The translations under genes were made by a program, and so were the position numbers. A stretch of DNA of 64,000 nucleotides from Geobacteraceae bacterium (GTDB lineage: Bacteria > Desulfobacterota > Desulfuromonadia > Geobacterales > Pseudopelobacteraceae). The notes beneath the pieces are model-generated. The model searched no databases and had not been told where the DNA came from. It saw only the letters and a list, made by a program, of their open reading frames with translations. Positions 28,101 to 35,747 of the stretch are shown piece by piece (within the stretch, counting starts at the first letter, position 1; each line of letters starts with the position of its first letter). The stretch covers positions 73,211 through 137,210 of the forward strand of contig JANXZX010000209.1 of the NCBI GenBank assembly GCA_025355325.1, read 5' to 3'.

Positions 28101-30519
28101 GTACCGTCTCGGCAACTTCGGCAAGATATCCGCGTGTCTGGGGAGGATATTCCGAAGAGGGCATCCGGTCAGCGGCGCGGGCAATCAGCCGGTCTGCTTC
28201 ATCAAAGCTCTCTTTTCCCGGCAGATACGTGAGCGTCAACCCGGTTGCATAAAGAAGCACCGGATCATCAGGGGAGGAACTCAGCAGTTTACGGTACAGG
28301 TCAAGCAACTCTTGAGTCTGCCCCATCGCGGCAACCGATTTAATGTAGCCCCGGTGTGCCTCAATACTCCGCCCGTCATAACGAATGAGGTCGAGAAAGA
28401 TCGACCGTGCAGCAGCAACTTCCCCGAGACGGTACAGATTTTCACCAGCCGCAACCGTTTTGCGAATGTAGGCGGCCCGGGCCAGTTGATACAGTGGTGT
28501 ATCTTCCGGCTGTTCACTCATCTCTGTTTCGTAGAGCGCCTTGGCCTCCCCATAGCGCTCTTCACGATACAGCACTTCTGCCAGCGCAAAACGCGCCGCC
28601 GCGGTCGGCGTTGCCACTCTCGGGAACTTTTCCAGAACCGTGCGGTAGGCATCCTTGGCCTTAGCCCATTCGTTGGCCCGATACGCCGTGTCACCCTGAC
28701 GATTCCAGGCACCCATTGCCAGACGTGGAAGAATCGTTCGGTAGCGTTCCGCCAGCGCCGAAAGCGCCATCAGATCAGAACGGTCAGGGGGCGAAACCTG
28801 ATCCAGAATGGCGGATATTGCAGCCTCAGCCCATTCCTCCTGATCATCGTACGTGGCGGCAACATCAACCAGTGCTTTGAGTGCCCCCTCCCCTTTTTCC
28901 AGTTTTGCCAGCAGAACAGCCCGCCGCAAAGCAGCTTCCGCCTTCAGAGGGCGGCTGGCATCCTGCAACCGGGCAACCTGTTCGGCCAGTCCGGCTGCGG
29001 TCAGCAAATCGGCAGCTCCGCCGCCAAAATCGGCAAGAAGCCGCGCGTTGTCGATCAAATACCGTGCCGCAGCATCGGCGCCTTTACCCGCCGCAGCAGT
29101 TTTCATCGCCTGCTCCGCCTGGCGGATCAGCTCCTGACGCCGCTGCCCCGACGCAACGTCGCCGCAGCGCTGTGCTGTCCGTACCCTGATCCGGGCAATA
29201 CCTGCCAGGGCTGCTTCACGGGGAAAACTGGAGTAGCGACGTACAATCGCTGCATACTGTTCTTCTGCCTGTGCCATTTCTCCGGACTGTTCCATTAATC
29301 CAGCCAGTGCAAGGCCTGCCAAAGCACCTTCAAGTGTCGGCGCATCCTCCCGGGCCAGAACACGGGCAGACGCAAGACGGGCATGGGCCGGATCCGGCGG
29401 TTGACGTTCCAGAAGGATTTTTGCCAGCGCCCACTGGTCGGCAACGGTCGGGCGTTCCGGTATTTCGCCGGATGCGGGGAGGGACATGACCTGTCCACCA
29501 CCGGCCAGACCGGCGACGAAGTAAAAATGATCGCCCGCCGGGAGCGGCGCCACCGCCATCAGTGCGGCAGACGTAAGCGGTGCAACAAACGGGAGGCCGT
29601 CATCGCCACTGCGTTTAAAATGCAGCCGGTGGATCTGCCCCGACTCCTGCCCGGTTGCAGCATTTCCCCCAACCGCAGACTGGCGGGTGAAAAGAAGGGT
29701 ATCAGCACTTTCCCAGGCCGGATACAGATCGCGTTCAGCACCACTGGTCAGCTTTGTAAGCTGCCCGCCCTGCTCATTCCACATCCAGAGATCACCATTC
29801 GGATCTGACTTTCGCGACACAAATACCCATTTTTTTCCGTCCGGCGAAGGGGCCGCAAATGCCGCATCAATATCAATCGGCAGTTTTTCACTCCGGTTAT
29901 CCGCGAGGTTGAACAGTACCAGCTCACGTTGAGCTGCCCCCGGCATCAGGCGTTGATACACCACAGATTCACCGTCAACAGTAAATACCGGCGCATCGTC
30001 GGCGGATTCCCGACCGGTCAGTTTTTTGGGTTGCTCATCTGACTTTACAATATTTATCAGCCAGATATCACCCTTTACATCATCCTCTGCATCAACATAT
30101 GCAACCTGAGTTCCGGTAGAATTAAGAGCGGGAGCGGCGAGTCTAACCGGACTGGTATGGAGCAGGCGCGGCAATTCCGGAACTGCGCCAAACGAGTAGA
30201 GCCACAGTTCATCCCCCTTGTCACCACGCTCGACGGTAACCATCCGTGAACCATTTGCAGAGCGGCTGACATACAGAACCTGACGGGAGCTGAAAATTGC
30301 CGGCTGCGGCACAAGCTCGGGTCGGGAGCGAGGTGCTGAACGGGGTATGGCCGGGGCCAACAGCTCATCACCCAGCGGCAGCGCCACCGCAGGGAAGGAG
30401 CAGACAAACAACATCAGTACAAGTAAAAGCGCTTTAAAGCAGCTTCCCAGAATATAATCCCCCCTCCCTTGACGGGAGGGGGTTAGGGGGTGGGTGAAGC
30501 TGCAACATGGCATCTTCAT
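22168..30519 (-). CDS. Giant secreted protein: PD40/TolB-like beta-propeller + ~2000 aa of TPR repeats + C-terminal CHAT (caspase-like) protease domain
   Basis: The open frame is uninterrupted from 30627 and the start is ambiguous: 30627, ATG 30519 or 30513, or ATG 30414. The h-region FKALLLVLMLFVCSFPAVA|LP looks like a signal peptide. PD40 motifs are present (SPDGKKWVFVSRKSDPNGDLWMWN). The CHAT hallmarks are IHLASHGEF (His codon 22567-22569) and VLSACQTG (Cys codon 22432-22434). Confidence 0.85.
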   Translation of the reverse strand: MKMPCCSFTHPLTPSRQGRGDYILGSCFKALLLVLMLFVCSFPAVALPLGDELLAPAIPRSAPRSRPELVPQPAIFSSRQVLYVSRSANGSRMVTVERGDKGDELWLYSFGAVPELPRLLHTSPVRLAAPALNSTGTQVAYVDAEDDVKGDIWLINIVKSDEQPKKLTGRESADDAPVFTVDGESVVYQRLMPGAAQRELVLFNLADNRSEKLPIDIDAAFAAPSPDGKKWVFVSRKSDPNGDLWMWNEQGGQLTKLTSGAERDLYPAWESADTLLFTRQSAVGGNAATGQESGQIHRLHFKRSGDDGLPFVAPLTSAALMAVAPLPAGDHFYFVAGLAGGGQVMSLPASGEIPERPTVADQWALAKILLERQPPDPAHARLASARVLAREDAPTLEGALAGLALAGLMEQSGEMAQAEEQYAAIVRRYSSFPREAALAGIARIRVRTAQRCGDVASGQRRQELIRQAEQAMKTAAAGKGADAAARYLIDNARLLADFGGGAADLLTAAGLAEQVARLQDASRPLKAEAALRRAVLLAKLEKGEGALKALVDVAATYDDQEEWAEAAISAILDQVSPPDRSDLMALSALAERYRTILPRLAMGAWNRQGDTAYRANEWAKAKDAYRTVLEKFPRVATPTAAARFALAEVLYREERYGEAKALYETEMSEQPEDTPLYQLARAAYIRKTVAAGENLYRLGEVAAARSIFLDLIRYDGRSIEAHRGYIKSVAAMGQTQELLDLYRKLLSSSPDDPVLLYATGLTLTYLPGKESFDEADRLIARAADRMPSSEYPPQTRGYLAEVAETVHGERGGLERALALYRRAWLLNRPVEQPENRANLNLNIGNIAYLLGSKATAWKFYSERLAAKIPFDNPETELIFQQRYAAVAFQMREKEAPITGYLRALKLSEDRLNPSRPLDLFGKLSRRVVERLFSGTGRSTSAEAALNEHQAISAELDRLGTVPPEAPPSAAWTGFDKTLRSLLERQRALLKSAPSWHKDAVKFLSELNSMATAVEKELDSVPRLVETTAEIHDRLGLAYLEADRYSAAREHFDEAFKLNQGLGFTGNLASNRRSASIAAYKEAHAASGEEQQRLLRLSRDGFSDLLILIEKNPPKSKTPAKRSGGLVEISATVSLDKGGSTDAAFGFTAEQEKRLAETYLARIQSELGDPSTALVLLKNQLNRYPSDIKKIAVKDLYGVTLLSHRIAHIDYALGDRENSARDFQRSTILSLQSGNPISAMLNLINWGQLLTAGEIPADTGDYLAAEARVSRLADTSRTALPPLVYGRYHNDAGTLLARLAPSVADDGGRQALLFKALEHWDRTLLTAADSSDRDLLHQQHRQRVVAQLNRGAVLTALGLSDAAETALNAAREEAGTAAASALEWRAITALGRYDEALAQLEKLPLTEFDLQKGEIMERFAPYLEKLAAKNPEQAFALLEKMSELERVQVLGRGALGLNDPATLGQFRAAAPHLAEIDRLRGAVAKAATADKDYLQLRLQQEQAIIDDLFGAKLERIPTFYRFAGDTGIRLAAASVDLGVISRSSDETPSRAETLKGAQQRFSTLQQLFNKECASGKGGRLCRLISPQSIELIDVVENLPGRTLLRFTPLDAVRWLLFTVDGKGKIIAETVTKPTLDARLAAVPPVLAAYEDPSRFIAAPVISWGLSACQLVQSVSLRKPFRRQILDTTGWWQGGAPFSKLPTIPMTGRLADAHTLVLPFRAGLLPEVPSLPGGSGYALPLWEDDKGLRHPLSELTAADNLSLLVAPRAGLQQAYSLGHFATLLGVPSLLLDGGVPGDSKGFTEAYASAALGDARKKLQPGWLLIGDWGPDAVEAAKLGKSRFTEYGKAGVQAHNAGLFAKALSHFENALVIIEENPSLSKQRTTLHRYARESAFAAGFTDRAIVHAEALVKGLAKEKPYSADHADALLRLGLLQGNAERFAEAAVSLKEGVGIFTELGMAKEEAAALADFGVVMENAVNFSAARTFFEEAAGLRRTLKDDVSLAEQYRNLGRIYDLRLNQYAVAAQYYGQAGEIYRKVSNAPLEAETLLERGRCQRLLGNFPAADKFYTDALAIVGTKDLRTKMRIVLEQANNAWFQGRYQEAFDLREQVEKAALAEKWPLEQVMAKNTGGLIWWTLGDNKRAQLELRGALVRAEKLAVRRDEVATTLNNIGLVQRESREYTAALATLEKALEIDRKLGSRWAMAYDLRNLGQTRLKMGDASAALLQFSEAAGMATDIGDKVNLAKIYLARGDAEAELKQAAVAEASYRKALEIADALLLREVRWRALLGLARLQNLAGDSLKAVASYQQALETVEGLRAEIKLDQLKDGFLADKMDVYSGLVSLLVDLKRSDEAFAVAERSRSRSLIDILGRQRLSLSGAVNQELYDHQNRLKEQILEQESLSVQAVNPKERARYSDALQRLQAEYQDLLIDIERKRPDLLALVKVSPTTLDDVRKLLEPGVVLLSYYQLPDRLLCWKIDHDQAKLIIQNIPAKELAAKISSYRRMLQNLEPLEKQSRELYDLLVAAPLAGSGSLRSVGIIPHGSLHYLAFATLSDGRDYLVDRQKLFYLPAASVLKYTLARRQQNKNLRVLAIGNPDLGNSALDLPFAEREAGTLRWNYPDVTTLTRERATESWVREHISEFGVIHLASHGEFDPVNPLFSAIRLTKDNKADGKLQAEEVFGLDIRADLVVLSACQTGLGDIRSGDDVVGMNRAFIFAGTHSLMSSLWRVSDVSTAIMMKQFYRNYMTYGKSESLTRAMQHVKNRYPHPGYWGAFVLTGDYQ

Positions 30520-30566
30520 TGCAATCTTCCCGCCCACCCTAACCCTCCCCCGCCAGTGGGGAGGGG
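30459..30566. repeat. Pair of inverted REP-like GC-rich elements (each about 36 bp with an internal hairpin)
   Basis: The left unit is CCCCCCTCCCTTGACGGGAGGGGGTTAGGGGGTGGGTG. The right unit is CGCCCACCCTAACCCTCCCCCGCCAGTGGGGAGGGG. The two are near reverse complements of each other and are separated by about 34 bp. This GGGAGGGG/TTAGGGTGGG type of element is a common intergenic repeat in many bacteria. Confidence 0.7.
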
Positions 30567-30611
30567 ACTTTTTTTGTTGTGAGTGTGTATTATTGAATGT
30601 CCGGTTCCGGT

Positions 30612-31214
30612 TCATAGCAGTATCCACGCGCCGCCAGCCTCCTGCACCTTGGTGCCGGGGGCACTGTTCTGACGGTTGATTTTGGCAAATACCTTGCGGA
30701 TAGCCGGGATATCCTTGCTCGTAAAGTTTTCATTAGTCTGCACAACCCGCATCATCAGCACGTCCCGCGACTGATTGACCTCCTTCACGACCTGCTGGAA
30801 CTCGGCTTCGCTGTAATTGGCGGCAAATGACTTCAGCTCCACAGACGTAACCTTGGGGGTTTCGCGGGTAAATGGAGTCAAGAGCCCTTCCTGATTTTCG
30901 CCAATCCAGCCGAAACGCTTGAAAGTTTCGATATCGTCGGCATGAAAAGCGATAGTTTCCAGAGCCCTGGTGGCATCAGCCTGCTCAGGAGTATGACGGG
31001 GAGGAGCATCGATCTTACCGGTCGGGGACACGCCCCGCACCGATGCCACCAGCAGCATATCCTCATTGAGGCTGTTATAGGTCCCGAGCACCTGATTTTC
31101 CAGTGAGGTTCGCTCGCTGACGACATTGACATCAACCTTGGCAAGGGTACAGCCGGATACAAATAAAGCCAGGCCGAGGGTCGTCAATCGGATGGCAAAT
31201 GATCTATTGTGCAT
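30612..31214 (-). CDS. Lipoprotein with DUF1318/YdbL-like C-terminal half
   Basis: The 200-aa ORF has a lipobox, LFVSGC. The C-terminal half (GWIGENQEGLL ... VNQSRDVLMMRVV ... IRKVFAKINRQNSAPGTKVQEAGGAW) follows the YdbL/DUF1318 pattern as I remember it. It overlaps the upstream giant gene by 11 nt. Confidence 0.5.
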   Translation of the reverse strand: MHNRSFAIRLTTLGLALFVSGCTLAKVDVNVVSERTSLENQVLGTYNSLNEDMLLVASVRGVSPTGKIDAPPRHTPEQADATRALETIAFHADDIETFKRFGWIGENQEGLLTPFTRETPKVTSVELKSFAANYSEAEFQQVVKEVNQSRDVLMMRVVQTNENFTSKDIPAIRKVFAKINRQNSAPGTKVQEAGGAWILL

Positions 31215-34200
31215 ATATCCTCCGTTTCAATGAAAGTTCACCTTTTGGACCAATAATCAGGGTATCGGCCCGTACCAGATCAAGAAGGCCACGTAATGCC
31301 ATGATTCCCGCTTTGTTCTTTTGCAGTTCCTGACGAAGCGGCAGCTCGGAAATACGCAGACGCTCCACCTTTGGCAGTTCTACTTCAACCCCCTTGATGT
31401 ACGCCTCACCCTCCATGCTGAAGGCGCCGTCAACCGCCCGGGCACGCAATCCTTTCAAACCGCCCAGCCGCAACATTTTCCGCTGAGCCACTACCTGCTC
31501 ATTTCGCTCATATGGATCAAGAGCAAATAGAGCCCTCTCGATCATATCAGCTCCGATTTTACGCACATTCAAAGCCAGCCGCAACTGTTCAAACAGTTCG
31601 CGCTGCTCGGTCGTCAGCGGTGCGGTAAAACTCATTTCTCCGGTAATTTCAGCGTTCTGATTCGTGCGCTGTTTTCCGGCATCTTTCGGCAGTAGATACG
31701 TAATATCAAGGTTTGAAAATGAACCGGCGGTCGTAATCGCCGGAATCTCCGGAAGCAGATCAATAATTCCGCGCGCGAGAAGCGTTCCTCCCAGCAGATC
31801 CGCCTGAAAAAAGCTGAGACCGGTTTTTTCCTGTGTGAAGAGCAAATCGCCCTCCAGCGCGGTGAGTTCCAGCGGCACTCCGGACGCTTTGGTCGTGACG
31901 CGCTGGATTGAAAATGAACGGACCCCGTGAATATCGCCGCGCAGATCTTCGTTGATTCGTCCGGCAATTTCCAGGGCACCGGGATTGGCCGTCACAGCCG
32001 CTACCGGTCGGATAAGGGCCGCAGAAAGCGGAGCCCATCCCCCGCCTTTAACCGCTGCCAGGGCATATACCCGATTAAAGGTGATATCGGATCGCACCCC
32101 TTCAACTGTGGTTCCGTTGGCAAGCCGAACATCAAAATCCCTCGTCTGTACCGCACTGCGCAGCGCAAGTTCGCGGCCGGCACTGAGATCAATCCGTGTA
32201 CTGCTGCCGACACTGCCCGCTACGGAAATGCCGGGCAAGAGCTGCCGTAATTCCCGCGAAAACGCGCCGTCAACAGTGGCAAACAGGGTGGCGTCAAGTC
32301 GTTTGATCAATGTCGCCGGGTTGAATGGTTCTTTTTCATCGAGCAGCGCATCGATTCGACTGACGCTCAACTCGGCCTCCTGCGAAATTGCCAGCGGATC
32401 GATCCGCAGCTGTTCGTTCAGGAAAAACTCATTCCCTCCGCTGAATACGCCGTCGAATGTCAGTTTACCATGCTGGGTGGGTAATTTACCGGCAGTTCCC
32501 GAAAGGCCGGTCACTCCGGAGAACCGTACTGCACCCTCTATTCCGGCCGAATCTCCGTTCTTGGTCGAATACATTCGTACATCCGGCCCGGTGCGCAGAC
32601 CCGTTACGGTTATCTCCCCTTTCGCAGACGGAACTGTTGCCGAGACATTATCAAGCTTTACACCAAATTCCAGTTTGTCAAACAATGCCATTCCGGTCCT
32701 GGCACTGCGCAACGGATTTTTATCAAATGCCGGCGCTTTTTCCGGCAGCGGTGCGGCGAGATCCCAGACCACTCCCATTTTGCCGTCTGCCTTCATACCG
32801 GATGGAACAAAGGAGGCGCCGAATTTCAGCGCGCGTTTCAGGTCAAGCTGTACAGTGCCGCTGGTAGCGGCACGCTGGGGAGATGTGCCCGAAAGAGACG
32901 CCCCGGCGGTAATACGGAGGAAATCACCCGCCGAGACTGAGGCCGATGCTTTCTGGACAGAAGGCTTCGCTCCTTTGACGGCAGGAAGGCGGAGCGAGGC
33001 TGTAGTAAGAGAAGCGGAAAGCGGAATCGGGCCAAATTTCCTCCCGGACTGTATTCCCTGCATTGAGCCGGCGGTTACGGAAAACTCGGGAAGATTGGCT
33101 TCAATGTCGCCATTCTCGGCGGCACGTGCCAGAAGGCGGAGCTGTTCGTGGACATTTTCAACCGTCAGCCGTTTTTCAAGCGAAAGTCGATCCAGATCGA
33201 ATGTTTGGGTGATTGTTGCGGAAGCGGAAACCTTGCGCGGTGAGGCGCTTTTCAGATTGAGATCCGTCACCGCAAGTACGGCTTTTCCCCGAGCGCCACG
33301 AACAGAGAGTGATTGGGTGCCGGAAATCGCTGCATCCCTGATGCTCCAGAGCAGATCCGTCGTCAGTTTTGTCGGCATGTTGCCGGATAATGGGCAGGTC
33401 AACGTTTCAATAATAACTTCACTATTGTTCGCCGTCAGTTCCCCCGCTTTAAGTGCCATTCGAACTCGCGGGAGCGTAATGCCAAAGCCGGAGAGTTTGG
33501 CATCGCCCTGATTTTTGGGACCAATCAGGTGCAGTGACAGAGTGCGAAGAAATACTTCACCGGCAAGATCTTTAACGGGCATTCCGGGGGGGATAAAAGG
33601 GGCAGCAACTGCCAGCGCCCGGGAAAGATCAATGCGCAGCGGACCGAAGGTTATGTCCAGCGTGCGTTCCGGAACTGACGGACGGTTGACGGAAGCGCTC
33701 CACGCGGCGGTAATCAAGCCGGGCATGGCAATGGAGCCGCCCGGGAAATCAACCCGCTGGGCTTTATGATCGGCGGCAATCTGCTGCTGTAGCTTCACCT
33801 CAAGCGGCCCGACCCGTTTTGCTTTCAGCGAACCGCCGCTTGCTGCCAGTCCTGTGCCGTCAACAGTCAGCGCAGCATGCAGATCATTATTCGTATCGGT
33901 TTTTGCCCGCAGCTGAACGTCAATATTACCATCAAGCTTCGGCACGGCAGGCGACAAAAACGGATGAGCAACCGCCAGCAGCCCAGGCAGGTTCAGCTTC
34001 AGGCGGGCAATAAAACCGTCAGCCTGACTGAGTCCGCCTGACAGGGTAACACTTGTTCCGGGCGCCGCCACTTCGACGGCAAAGAGTGCCGAGGCAAGAT
34101 GAATCCTCTGCACATTGGTCACAAGGTCACTAACCGTGGCATTGAGACTGACGTTACCCATCTCACGGCCATCGACCGTCACCCTCCCCTTCACCTCAGC

Positions 34201-34800
34201 CGTAATCGGCTTGGCGGCCAGCGACGGCATCGCGAAACGAAGGGAGAAATCCTGCAACTGCAGCTGCTTTCCCGGCACCCGATACACAACGTTCAGCGGT
34301 GCCGCATCAACCTTAACACGCAGATCAACCGGCAACGCATAATCAAGTTTCTGGATACGCTGGATCGACTCAGCCAGCATGGTCAATGGATCTTTGGTCG
34401 GAGGAGGCGGTTTTTTCGGACCGGGAGCAAGTTCGGCCCGGACATTTCGTATCCGCACCGTGAGGTCGATGCCGAAACGCCCGTCAACTCCGCTACCGAA
34501 AGAAGGGACAATTACTATCTGATCGATATTTGTTTTAAGAAGCGGTGCGGGACCGTCACCAAGGGTAAGTCCGGAGAGAGTCAGGCCGCCTAACCAGGTC
34601 AGGTCAAAATGTGACCAGGCCACCCGGCGTTTCAAAGAGGAAGAAAGTGCCTGTTGAATCCGGCTCTGTGCACTGTTGCTGCTGATGAATGCAGGGAGGA
34701 AGGCGACGCAAACCAGCAACAACAGCATGGTGCCGACCAGAACCAGCGAGATGATTTTGAGGGCGCATTTGATATGTATGTTACGAATAAATGTAATCAT
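31204..34800 (-). CDS. Large AsmA-family / YdbH-like envelope protein
   Basis: The 1198-aa ORF has a single N-terminal TM anchor (IISLVLVGTMLLLLVCVAFLPAF). A long beta-rich, low-complexity body typical of AsmA/TamB/YdbH-type proteins follows. It is paired with a YdbL-like lipoprotein, as in E. coli ydbH-ynbE-ydbL. Confidence 0.5.
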   Translation of the reverse strand: MITFIRNIHIKCALKIISLVLVGTMLLLLVCVAFLPAFISSNSAQSRIQQALSSSLKRRVAWSHFDLTWLGGLTLSGLTLGDGPAPLLKTNIDQIVIVPSFGSGVDGRFGIDLTVRIRNVRAELAPGPKKPPPPTKDPLTMLAESIQRIQKLDYALPVDLRVKVDAAPLNVVYRVPGKQLQLQDFSLRFAMPSLAAKPITAEVKGRVTVDGREMGNVSLNATVSDLVTNVQRIHLASALFAVEVAAPGTSVTLSGGLSQADGFIARLKLNLPGLLAVAHPFLSPAVPKLDGNIDVQLRAKTDTNNDLHAALTVDGTGLAASGGSLKAKRVGPLEVKLQQQIAADHKAQRVDFPGGSIAMPGLITAAWSASVNRPSVPERTLDITFGPLRIDLSRALAVAAPFIPPGMPVKDLAGEVFLRTLSLHLIGPKNQGDAKLSGFGITLPRVRMALKAGELTANNSEVIIETLTCPLSGNMPTKLTTDLLWSIRDAAISGTQSLSVRGARGKAVLAVTDLNLKSASPRKVSASATITQTFDLDRLSLEKRLTVENVHEQLRLLARAAENGDIEANLPEFSVTAGSMQGIQSGRKFGPIPLSASLTTASLRLPAVKGAKPSVQKASASVSAGDFLRITAGASLSGTSPQRAATSGTVQLDLKRALKFGASFVPSGMKADGKMGVVWDLAAPLPEKAPAFDKNPLRSARTGMALFDKLEFGVKLDNVSATVPSAKGEITVTGLRTGPDVRMYSTKNGDSAGIEGAVRFSGVTGLSGTAGKLPTQHGKLTFDGVFSGGNEFFLNEQLRIDPLAISQEAELSVSRIDALLDEKEPFNPATLIKRLDATLFATVDGAFSRELRQLLPGISVAGSVGSSTRIDLSAGRELALRSAVQTRDFDVRLANGTTVEGVRSDITFNRVYALAAVKGGGWAPLSAALIRPVAAVTANPGALEIAGRINEDLRGDIHGVRSFSIQRVTTKASGVPLELTALEGDLLFTQEKTGLSFFQADLLGGTLLARGIIDLLPEIPAITTAGSFSNLDITYLLPKDAGKQRTNQNAEITGEMSFTAPLTTEQRELFEQLRLALNVRKIGADMIERALFALDPYERNEQVVAQRKMLRLGGLKGLRARAVDGAFSMEGEAYIKGVEVELPKVERLRISELPLRQELQKNKAGIMALRGLLDLVRADTLIIGPKGELSLKRRIYAQ

Positions 34801-34886
34801 AAGACGCTTTGGAAAACCGGGAGATGATTACGCTATCCAGCTAAAATACTCAATATCACCCGACATCGCAACGTCTATCATTAATT

Positions 34887-35162
34887 TTATTGTTCGACTC
34901 GTTTCTTACTTACTAGAGGATAATTCTCAGGATAAAGAATGCAATTAACATCCAGATCAATATCAAGCTCAGGCCAGTAAAGGTGGTTTTTTGAAGGCAT
35001 TTCAACATGGAGGATTTTCTTTATTGATGCTTCTTGAAACCATGGAAAATGCTCAAACGCCAGAAACAACTCTTGAGTATCAATTAGCATCCAGATTCCA
35101 TTGCACGAAATATTGGTAACTTCAGCTGGGAAAATGTTGGTGCCATGCTGTGCTGATTTCAT
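34887..35162 (-). CDS. DUF2442-family protein (putative antitoxin-like partner)
   Basis: The 91-aa ORF contains FEHFPWFQEASIKKILHVEMPSKNHLYWPELDIDLDVNCIL, which matches the DUF2442 consensus (yP.L..As ... WP.lD.Dl). Confidence 0.7.
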   Translation of the reverse strand: MKSAQHGTNIFPAEVTNISCNGIWMLIDTQELFLAFEHFPWFQEASIKKILHVEMPSKNHLYWPELDIDLDVNCILYPENYPLVSKKRVEQ

Positions 35163-35361
35163 TTTGATGCTCCCTAATAAGGTTGTCTGCCTCGTTTAAT
35201 TCCCTCATTGAAAGCCCATGATTCTGGGCAATCTGTATTTCCGGTTCCAACCAGAACTTGGCTTCTCCGTTACTTGACTGCACGTGAATATGCATTCTTG
35301 GCTCTTCTCTGGAGAAGAAGTAGAAACGAAAACCGGCTTCACGAAAAACGGTTGGACTCAT
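35122..35361 (-). CDS. DUF4160-family protein (putative toxin-like partner)
   Basis: I prefer the ATG at 35361 (MSPTVFREAGFRFYFFSREEPRMHIHVQ...). The sequence matches the DUF4160 consensus (yrfyfys.E...pHvHv). It overlaps the DUF2442 gene. Confidence 0.7.
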   Translation of the reverse strand: MSPTVFREAGFRFYFFSREEPRMHIHVQSSNGEAKFWLEPEIQIAQNHGLSMRELNEADNLIREHQNEISTAWHQHFPS

Positions 35362-35747
35362 TATAGCATATCCCCTTAATTCAACAGCTTTATCATGATA
35401 TACGACCTCAGATATCAATGGTCAATTCATTTATTCAAAATACGGCTGGTGTCGAGATATATGAGAATCTCCTGTGCCCCATTCACAAATAGCCCACCCA
35501 CAGTCAAATATCAAACCCGACTACAATTGGTATACTAGTCCTATACACTGCTTGTTTTCCTGCATAAGTATCATAACTAGCTGTATTTACACACATGAAT
35601 TTCATAAGGGCATACCAGTAGTATCAAGTTTTCATACAGTAAACCGGCCAATGTATGCAAGGAACAACTCTTCAAAGATGCGAGTGATAATAAATTTACT
35701 GTGTATTATCGTATTGTTACTAATTTAATTCAAATAAATTCGAAACT

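Noticed and set aside
30520-30627. Longest-ORF extension of the CHAT gene up to 30627
   Set aside because: It would be translated from REP-like repeat DNA (PPHWRGRVRVGG) and would overlap the upstream lipoprotein gene by 16 nt. The ATG at 30519 or a later start is more plausible, though this is unresolved.
35474-35728. 84-aa plus-strand ORF in the AT-rich region upstream of the small-protein array
   Set aside because: It has no RBS, its composition is odd (Cys/Ile/His-rich from AT-rich DNA), and it overlaps the likely sigma-54 upstream regulatory region.
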